The notes under the pieces: generated by a model
Seen by the model: only the letters and a program-made list of their open reading frames with translations
What the model was told of the DNA's origin: nothing
Databases searched by the model: none
Translations under genes and position numbers: made by a program
Shown here: positions 23,040-32,900 of the stretch, piece by piece
Layout of the letters: the number at the start of each line of letters is the position of its first letter
Position numbering within the stretch: position 1 is the stretch's first letter
Assembly: GCA_001275005.1 (NCBI GenBank)
Contig: JWZX01003314.1
Span: forward strand, 1 to 58,296
Origin: Chrysochromulina tobinii
Lineage: Eukaryota
Length of the DNA stretch: 58,296 nucleotides
Direction of reading: 5' to 3'

Positions 23040-24220
23040 TCATTTACCTTCCTGCGAGAAACGAGATTGTCCGCACACGACAGGCGCGCGTTATTGCGCG
23101 TACACTCAACGCACTGTGATCCCACGCAGCTGTTCCTGCGCTGTGTAGCATTTTTCTGCGTCGATTCCAGTTCTTTGCAGTTTCCAGAAGCGCGTTTGCC
23201 GCGTGTTAGTAGCCGCTACGCGCTAGAGTTACGGATAATTCGGATTCAAAATCACACGCTCCACGGGGAGGCGGGAGCCCGACACGGTCTCTGCCGCCGC
23301 ACCGCGCACACCGTCGTTCTCGTTGGTGATGGTTAGGTGATGGTGACCATGCATGGTGTAACCCAACAAGCGACCGGACATACAACATACATGATAGATG
23401 ATACAACATACCGGCGGTACAAACCGGGCCGGTACGGCATTAGTACGGCAGACCGGGCAGAGAGAGATCTCACACTGACTCACGAATGCACATGTTACCG
23501 AGCCACTCGTTGCACTCTCAGACACACAGATAATGGCGTGGTTCGTCAAAGGGTGCACTGGTGGGTGCCCGCCTCGATGCCCTTACCGTACGAAAACGTA
23601 CGATGCCCAGCCCTTCGACCCCGCGCACGGACCGGCGCACGACCCCGCCCGCAGCGAGGCGCACGCAGGCGTCAGCTGCGTACTACTTGCTGAGGCGACT
23701 GACGTGGCGACCCATGCTGCGTCCACGTTTGCGGCGAGGGCTTTCGCCAGATTGGTGTCGTTGTCACAATCTTTTCGGAGCGCGGCGGCCGTGGCGAAAG
23801 TAGCAAGTTGTACGCCTGGTTATACGAGACCAATGGCGACTGGCGCTCGACGAAAGCTTCGGGCATGACGGCCCCTGCGATCGTGAGCGGCTTTGGGCCG
23901 ACCCGGCGCGGCGAATGCATGATATCCCCGCGCCATTCCGCCTGTTGGCACGCGCACACGCACAGACACGACGACGGGTGAGCGGGGGGGCGGTATTGGG
24001 TGACGGGTGGGGCCTTTATTGGGGCGTGAGCTCGTTGCGAGCTGGGGGGGCTCCACAGTGTCTAGAACTCTCAAGTGCTCTGGACCAGCACGGACCTGAA
24101 GACGGGGCGACTGCATGGTGCTTGGCTTGGGCATCCTGGACGGCTGAGGAGAGGCACGGCCCGTGGTGGCACGGTCTGTTGGCGTTTCCATGACGGGTTT
24201 GGGAAATCTGTTACACGAGA

Positions 24221-25213
24221 ATGTGTCGTTACACATCAACATGCAAATTTGGGCAACACAACACCGATCACTACGACGCAGCTTTCTACAAGATCAGAAC
24301 GGGAGGCAGCCTGAACTTTTCTGAAATTCACGAAACCAAAACACGAGCACGAGGATGGTTGGCTCCGTGTGAACTCTGTCGACCAGGTCGTCTCTTGGTG
24401 CGCTGTGTGGAAGAAGATCAAACCCTCGGCAGCCTCACTCCGTGTGCGACGTCCGACGGCAAGATCATTGTGCTCCAGTGGCGTAAGCACCACGAGGAAA
24501 TCGCTCGACTAGTCGGGGCCGCCTTTGCGGGCACGGAGAAGACAGCGCCAGAGAGGCCATGCAGTTGGTGCGTGGGACCAAAGTTTGCCACCATTGGTGA
24601 CCCGGCTCGTGATCGCATGGTGTCATTTTGCATGACACTTCACCTGTCCGTGAAAGGACCGAAGAGCACTATACTTTCGGTTCGCGACGGGAACTGCATT
24701 GCTGCAGTTGCCATCGTTCAGAAGCTAAAGCGTGTGCCACCCCCAAAAACCTTCATGGACGGCGTGCGGATCTTTGGCACGGTTGCCTCGCTCCTCGCAA
24801 GGCGGCGCATGCCTCGTGGCGCAACTGCACTTCAGAAGCGCGGCGACATCATCGACCAAGAGTTCCACAAGCTGCACACAGCTGCATGCGTTGGGCCACA
24901 CATCTACTTGGCCATCATCGCGACCGCTCCAGCACAACAGGGCAAGGGGTACGGTGGAGCGCTCCTGCGCGCCATCAATCGCGTGGCCGACTCGGAAGGG
25001 CTGCCCGCCTACCTCGAGACTGGCGAGAATAACCGCAGCCTCTACGAGCATTTTGGTTATGAGGTCGTGGGGCGAACGCAGCTCGACGGCGGCCATCGCA
25101 GCGATGAGGAGGGTGAGTGGCCGCCCTGCCCGTTGCTCGGGATGGTGCGACAGCCTGTGAAGTCAGCATCAGCAAGCTCTTTGGTCGAGACGACTTCCGA
25201 AGGAAATGCTTAA
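24221..25213 (+). CDS. GNAT-family N-acetyltransferase; start uncertain
   Basis: HIYLAIIATAPAQQGKGYGGALL (motif A, QGKGYG), PAYLET, NRSLYEHFGYEVV. Confidence 0.88.
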   Translation: MCRYTSTCKFGQHNTDHYDAAFYKIRTGGSLNFSEIHETKTRARGWLAPCELCRPGRLLVRCVEEDQTLGSLTPCATSDGKIIVLQWRKHHEEIARLVGAAFAGTEKTAPERPCSWCVGPKFATIGDPARDRMVSFCMTLHLSVKGPKSTILSVRDGNCIAAVAIVQKLKRVPPPKTFMDGVRIFGTVASLLARRRMPRGATALQKRGDIIDQEFHKLHTAACVGPHIYLAIIATAPAQQGKGYGGALLRAINRVADSEGLPAYLETGENNRSLYEHFGYEVVGRTQLDGGHRSDEEGEWPPCPLLGMVRQPVKSASASSLVETTSEGNA

Positions 25214-25797
25214 CACAAGCCTAGGCGAATCGAATGCGGCCCGCTCGGCCGCTTAGACGGATCGAATGCTCGGCCGGACCAGGCACTTGCCCGTTGGATG
25301 GTTCTCACCGAGCTCCACCGTCACGTGTTAGTGTGTGCCCCCTGAGTGTGGCCCTTGCCCCTTTGTGGCCCCTGGAGCGTGGCACCGCGCCCCGATTGCC
25401 TAATCGGGCGCGAACTTAGAATCGCGATCACTTCCCGCAAGCGCGTGTTTTTCCAGGCGTGAGTCGGGGGTTGTTTGTCTAGAACACCCTTTGCGCACTC
25501 CGCGCGCGACGTCTAAGGTTACTCACCACTACTCAAGTAGTCACTCTTTCCCGCGGACGACACCTAGTACCTAATCGGTAACGAACCGGAGTGCGGAGAA
25601 AAACGGACGGGCAACGGACGAGTGAAGCGAGACTTTGCGATAGCCGCGACTGAGCATCGGTATAGGCGTATACGTGTACGAGTACAGCACTCAGCGTGAG
25701 CGAGCCAGGTGGTCAGACCCATACATGTACTAGTACAGCACTCAGCGCGAGCGGAGCCAGGCGGCCCATTCGCAACCGCCCACGCCTCGATAGTGCG

Positions 25798-26805
25798 TTA
25801 GTCCGCGTGAGCCCTCTCGGCCACGTGGCCCGCGCGTGCTTCGAGCGCCGGGTCCGCCCACGCCGGCAGCCGATCGGCCGCAGGGCCGTCCGCGGCGTGG
25901 CCAGCAGCAGCCGACACGTCCTTCGCCTCCCACCCACTCTCGTACTCGCGGTACGAGCCCATGATCCGATCCCAAAACATCACGTACTGCGCATAGTTGG
26001 TGGTGGGCTTGCGGTGGTGCGTCTCGTGGCTGCGGACTGAGTAGTCGATGCCGAGGAAGGTCACACGCACGTCGTACCCCGTGTGGTTGAAGCACGCGCC
26101 CAGCGCCTTGAAGCCGAAATGCGCGCCGACTGCGGCCACGTGCAAGCCAGCTGTGAAGGCGACGATGTGAACAGCCATCCAGTGGAGAGTGAGGGCGGAG
26201 ATCTGCTCGACAGGGTGTTCGTTGGCGGCGTCGATGTACCCGCGCGCCGGGTACGTGTTCCGATGATGATGCTAGTGCACGTACTTGTAGATCGACTGGA
26301 GGTGCATGAAGCGATGCAGCGGCGCATAGAGCATGTCGTCGACCACGAGGAGGAGCCAAAAGGCGAGCGGGCCGTTGAGGAGGCCAAGGAGCTCGGGCGC
26401 ACGCACGATGAACGGCGCGTGCCACAGCAGGTGCCCGATCTGCTGCGCGAACACGTACTCGATCGTCGAGTTGATCAGCAGGTAAGTGACGTCCATGGCG
26501 TTGATCTGGTGCTGGTAGACGGGCTTCGGGCCGACGCGCGAGGGCAGCGGCGGGAGCCTCGGCGCGAGGAACCACACGACGCCGTCGACAAAGCCTAGCA
26601 GCGCCACACGCACCGCGGCGTAGCCCGACAGCCACACGAGCAGGCTCACCTCCCACGGGTTGAGCAGCGCCGCGAGCGACATCTGTGAGCGCCGCATCAG
26701 CGCGGCGGCGATGACGACGACGAGGGCAGACGCTGGATTGAAGACGATCGTCCGCATGACCTCGTGCAAGCTCTGCAGCAGCGGAGGCTGCTTGAGCTTC
26801 TCCAT
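25798..26805 (-). pseudogene. Fatty acid hydroxylase/sterol desaturase family gene with an in-frame TAG in the second His box
   Basis: His boxes HRFMH, VH*HHH and HETHH; also EHPVE and FWDRIMGSY. ORFs 26272-26820 and 25798-26178 are in one frame, separated only by TAG at 26274-26272. Confidence 0.8.
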
Positions 26806-26944
26806 GCCACCCGGGGGCAAGCCGAAAGCTCAAAAGCGGATCGCCGCAAAGGGCTTCTTTCTCGCACTTTTCTCTTTTGAAGTAAGACCGGAAAAATGAG
26901 ACATGTGACACCATTATCGTACTCATTGATTAACCTGAACCTGA

Positions 26945-29900
26945 CACCTGACTTTTCGTGCTGACTTTTGTTTTCCCTATCGCATTCTTATCTCTCCTCT
27001 TGAAGTGTGGATTGATGAACTCGCTGCCTCGGCCGACGGCTCTGCGTCAGCGCGCTGGACCCTCCTGTCTGCCCTCGAATCTGCGGTGGAAGCGCACCTC
27101 ACCACTGCACGTGCTGCGGTGCGGCTGCAAGTGGCGCGACCATCGCATCCCGACCAGCGATGTGCCTACGGCATGTACCTCGTACAGATGCGTCTTCAGG
27201 AGGGCGTGCCCACTCCTTATGGACCGTGGTTACACGACTCGGCGCAACCGGGTTATGTTCTCATGCACGGCGTGCTGGATGATCTCATAAGCTGTCTTCG
27301 CTCTGCTCTCGCTTCTAAACCCAATGCTCCTGGCACGCAGTTCTACTGGCGAATAAAGATTGGTACTTTTGCGACCGTTACCAGTCCCTTCACCGCTGCG
27401 GAGGACCCGGACGCTGCCATGCGACTACCGCTGGCCGGCGCAGCCCTCACCGACGCATCGGCCCCATCATCGCATGCCGTCGTGCCTCATCACCCTTCAT
27501 TCGAAGCGGCTTTGATTCGTGGTGTTTCATGCGACAGTCCCTCGCCCTCTGCTGATGAGACTGGTCATACATCTTCCTTCGACGCTGCTCTCGCGCACAG
27601 CCATGCAGACGCAGTCCCTGCTACTCCTTGCACACCCGATCGGAACGGCCCCGCACACGCTGTCTCCGCGTGGGACGATGAGGAAGCGCTCCTTCTTGCC
27701 ATTGCGGCCGAGTGCTCTTCACCGCCCTCAAATGCTAGGGCTTCCTTGCCTTCTGCCGCGCTCCCGCGCGATGATGACGACCCGTCCGATGTGCGACCGC
27801 CCTTCCACATCTGCGCGACAGATCCTTCTCTCGCTCTACCCGCCGCCTCGAGTTCTGTGACTCTCGCGCCGCGCGACCCCGCTTCAGTCTCCTCCACACC
27901 CGCTCGCACCGTTCACACTGCCAACCTGGTCGCGGGCTTGATGCCACCGGTGATACCGCCTCCACCTCGACCGGAGACGCTCCTCGTTTGGAATGCGGCA
28001 GGCTGGTGGAGCGGCGACAGGGAGGGCGGCACTGATGAGCAACAAGCTACCGCCGCCGCGCGCTACGATGTGCTCGATCCTCTCTTGCGAGGCCACGACG
28101 CACCGACGTACATCGTACTCAACGAGATTAGTGGCTCCTTACACGACTCTACACATTCGCGCGGCCTTCGTGCGTGGCTCAGTGCTGCGGGATACGGTCA
28201 TTATTTCTATCCTGGCGGGTCGTCCACACGACGGCGCTCTGATGGCACGTCGAGCGCGACCGGCGGTCTTCTTTTGGCGTGGCTCCTGCGCGAGACGAGT
28301 GCCTGCGGCTCGCCACACTTCGACTCCAAAGCCATGACGATTGCTCTCGACTTTCGGCATCGACAGTGTTCCATCGACGCACCCCCTATGCGCCTCATCG
28401 CCGCCTACGGCTCCCATCAACGCAATGGTAAGAAGCACGCGCTACAGACCATTGCTCGTCATGTCCTGCATACGCGCGGGTGCATCGCCGCTGGCGATCT
28501 CAACGTTGTTCCTGGTCCTCAGTGGAAGTGCCGCGCTCGACGGACAACCGACGATGACGACGCATTCGCAGCCCTCACCGGCGGTGGTGAGCTCCCTGAT
28601 GCGGGTACCTCCATGGTCAGCATTGTTGACCTCGGTCTTCAACATGCTCACGGACAGTTCACACGCGCACATTGGACGGAACGCCTCGCAGACGGCTCTC
28701 CCAAGGGCACGGCCACGCTCGACCACGTGCTCACTGCGGGCAGTGAGCGCGGCAGCTGGCGACGACGCGCGGCGTGGTTTGCCTTCGACACCAATCACAG
28801 GCTGGTTTCGGACCACATGCTTATTGTTGTCGAGCGCGCTCCACGCTGTGCTCCTACTGATGATCATGGCGTTCATAGACCGCCGCGCTTTCTCGTCGAG
28901 CGCTGGACCGAAAAACAACGCGCTGCTTTCCTCACCTCCTTCGAAGAGGGCCTGCTACAACTTCAGGCGAATCAATGGCGTGCTCGACCAGAGGATGCGC
29001 GCCAATCTCTAGCCACTGGTGCCGCGGCTATCGTTCAACTCGTTGCCCTTCTCAACGCTGCTGCCCTTTCTGCAGAGAGCGTCGTACAGGGCGATTCGCA
29101 AGGAGACCGCCTTCGCCGCGTGCACGGTGGCGGAGGCGGCATCAAAGGCGTTAAGGCGCAACTCAAGAGGCAGCAAGGAATTCTTCGCGTTGTGCGGACT
29201 GCGCGACTTGCTGTTGAACACGCAGCCTCTGCGCTTGCGGCGCTGCGTTCCGATGCTCTTGCCCACTGTCGGCTACGCGCCGAGCTTCGTCTCCAACATG
29301 CCCTTGCTTCGGAGCGCGCGCTGTACACGCCTACTTCGTCCACGTACTTTGCTCGCCACGACCGCAATCTTCATCTCGCTATCACACGGCCCTATCGCGG
29401 CCCACCGGCGCAAACCACCGCTTCACGTACCTTTGCTGTGGTCTCGCGACTTCAACGTGACATCTCGTACTACAGTCAACAACTACGCAAGCTCGAGAGG
29501 CGGGCTGATCGACCGATCTGGCAAGGCATTCAAGATGCGATGGCGGGCGGCGGTCGAGATGCCATAGTCGCCGCGATGCGCCGACCGACACAGCACGATG
29601 GATCTCACGGTGGCATCCAGGGGCTCTTTCGGGGAGACCTACCCAAGGTCGTACACAACGGTGTGCAGGTCCCAGGCGAGTGGATCAGCGAACCCGCGGC
29701 CGTACGCGCCGAGGCTGGCGCCATTTATCGGAGCATCGATGACGCCAACTATGGCGCTGGCACTGTTGAGCCACGTGTCCTCGGCTTCCACGCTGCTATG
29801 TGTCAGCCTCAATGGCCCGAGCTCCTCGGCCGAGACGGCGAGACGTGGACACTTCCAACCGAGTGTGATTACGACGCCTTCTGCGCTCTACTCCAGCGGA

Positions 29901-32900
29901 TGCACTCAAAGAAGGCCACCTCTCTAGATCGTATTTCCAAGGAAATGCTCGAGCTCCTTCCGGAAAATCTACGTCGCCCTTTCTACGTCGCGGCCATGCA
30001 GGTCGCCACCCCCGATGCTAACGGCGCTCGACACAAACCGGCGTACTGGGCGCGAGTCCCGGTCAAGCTGCTTAACAAGAAAGTTCCATCGCCGTGCGTC
30101 GCAAAGAAACGTGATATCGGCCTCCCGTCACAGTTGCTCAAGCTGCAGGCAGGTCTCTATATGCCTGCGTACGCATCCATCATGGGCCGATTCCCAGGCA
30201 ATTTCGGGTGGACACCGGGCGTTGCAGCACGCGGGGCTGCTTTGTGTGGCAGCTTCGTCCTCGACCAGGCCCACCTCCTCTCCCATCTGCTTATCGTCAT
30301 ATACGCCGACATCCAACGATTCTTCCCCTCAATGGACCGCGGCTTCGTTCTCCTCTCTGAACAGTGGCGCGGGCTACCGCGCGACGTGCGCGACGCGACC
30401 CTGGCTTTGTACCACGACGCGTGTTTCTTATACGAGACGGAGCATGGACTCGCAGAGGGGGTTGCCCTTCCTACACGAGGCCGCGGCGGCGCGGATCTTG
30501 AATTTACAACCGTCCAGTCCAGATGCGGCTACTTTCAAGGGTGCCTTCTATCCACAGAAAAGGCCAAAATCTTTATGGCCAGCCTCAGCGAGGCGATCGA
30601 CACGGTGGTGGGCGGTGGGGGCGTTCGTCTGTGGAACGGCACTCTCAGTGGCGGTCGACGCTACCCTAGCGTGCTGTGCGCCGACGACCTGTTGGGCTGT
30701 GTCACGAGCTGGACCGCCGGAGCCGTCTTCTTTCGGCTTCTGGATGAGTGGGCTGACGTTTCTGCAAGTCACTTTGGCATTTCGGACGATGCGTCTAAAA
30801 CGACTTACTCTGCTGTCACCATCGATGGCTCGGGTGTTCCGCACGAAGCTCCCGCGCCACCCGAATTTCTCGCCGCAGCGGTTATTGGAGGGCGCACTAT
30901 CCCGCGCCTTGCGTACGACGCCACCTATGGACACATCGGCGATCCTCGCAAGCTTCAAGGAGACCAAAGCCCTGCTCGCAGCAAAATGACTGGCCTCTGT
31001 ATGGCGTGGCTTAAGCGCATCGAACAGATGTGCCGATGCAGCCCTCGTGAATTTGAGCGTGTTACTGGCGTTGGCCTCGCCGCCGTCATCGATGCGTACG
31101 CGCCGTTTGGGCCGCTCACATTCGCAGCGTCTGAGGCACTGGAGAGGGTCAGGCGCTCCATTTACAAACGGCGTTTCCGAGGGACAGTCTCTGCGGCCTG
31201 TGCTGATCGATACTTACCAGACGTGTGGCATGCGGCTCCACAATACGGCCTTCTCACCTCCGGGCTGCCGGAAGCTCGGCGTGTGGGCGATGGCTGGATA
31301 CATTGCGCCTCCCTCAATGCCGCCAGCGTTCACGCGGCCATCTCGTCTGCCCTTTCCGACGGCATCGACAGCCAACTTCGGTTCTGTGCCCGTGCCCTTT
31401 TGTCGCTCACGTGCTTTCTGTGGGGCAGCTTTGGTAAGCACCCAGCTGCGTGGTCGTGGGTGCATCTTGAGCACCTTCTTGCCAACCCGGATCCTGCGAT
31501 GGGATCGTCACCGGTGGGCCGCGTCTTTGCTACCGAGGTGTACATGAAGAACGTCGCCATGGTTCGCCGCCTTGCCGCTCTCTCTGATGAGGCCCTCGCA
31601 CCTGCGCTCAATTTCACCATGGAGCACACTCCACCGCCGGGCGACCCGTTCGACTACTCCGCTCCTATCTACGCGTCCTTATCTACCGACGACTTACGTC
31701 TCTTCGAGGGCGACCTCATCTCCGAAGCCACGTGTCTCCAGCTTGGACGGCGCCGTCGGCCAGTGTGGCTCCTCCTGTCTGCCGGCATCGTTGTACGATC
31801 ACACACGTGCCGCGATGATGGATCCGACTTCATGACGTTCGATGAAGCTGCGAAGGTCGTGCCTGCATTTGCGCGGCGCACGGACTCCGCGCTCTTTGCG
31901 TCGAGACGCGCCTGGGACCAGCTCATCGCAGACCTTCGTGACCTTGACATCGACACCGTACCGCGAGAGGCTGTCATTGACGCGCAATCTGTCTGGCGAG
32001 GCACCGCAATTCTCATGCCAGGGGCTCCAGACGGCGCAGCCGCCACGGGACCACGCGAGGACCTCGATGCTCTGGTGCACCGCTTGTCCACCGGAGACGT
32101 TGCGGCGGCTCAGGAGTGGACCGATGCCTATCGCACATGGGCAGCGGCACCTCCACCCCCTCGCACGGAGCGCCCCCTGCCGTCGCCCACGACCGACGAG
32201 TTATGTGGGCCACATACTCGATACCGAGTACCGAGCCGCGAGGGGGTCATCGACACCATCACCCGAGGCAAACCTGCCCCTGCTTGCTCTGCTGAGGACG
32301 CGGCTGAGCTCGCGCGGCTCCGCGCTCAGCAATGGCGTATCGCACCTGACGGACGCTCTATCACTTGCGCACTTGGCACCCCCATACAGCGAGCCTCCGT
32401 CATCGTACAGCTGTACGCGGCTGCGCTCCCCATTGCACTCACCGCCTTTGACGCCGCGCAAGCTGCCAAGGTCGCGCGGCGCCAAAAGGTAAACGAGAGG
32501 CGCAATCTCGCAGGACTTGACCCGCTACCTCCTGACACCCCGACTGCAGAGGAGCGCTCCTGGATGGGTGGCCCTGGGTTCTGCGTCCAGCTCGCTAATC
32601 TGACGCTAGACGAGATGCTCGACGACGAACAGCAACAGGGGTTTGCGTACACCGCCGCCGTCGCGGGTGATGGCTCGTGGGACCCTCGCTCGAAGCGCGT
32701 CTCCCGCGCCGCGCTTCTACATGATGGCAGGCGCCTCGGAGGCGCTCTCGCCACGGACGACCTGGTTGGAGGCACTCGCGACAACTATGATGCGGAGCTC
32801 GCGCATCGCGTCGACGCACTTGCGGTCCTCGAAGGACGGCGAGTACTCTACGTCTTCGATTCCACCTCCCCCATCCTAGCCGGAGAGCACTTTCGCCGCT

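Noticed and set aside
23060..24220. Short ORFs and GGTAC/CCGG palindromes
   Set aside because: No coding signature, terminal inverted repeats or TSD that I can support.
27540..31600. Short CTGATGA/CTCTGATG matches inside the retroelement as the source of motif A
   Set aside because: Only 7-10 nt, expected by chance; no motif B and no CCTCATCAG terminus.
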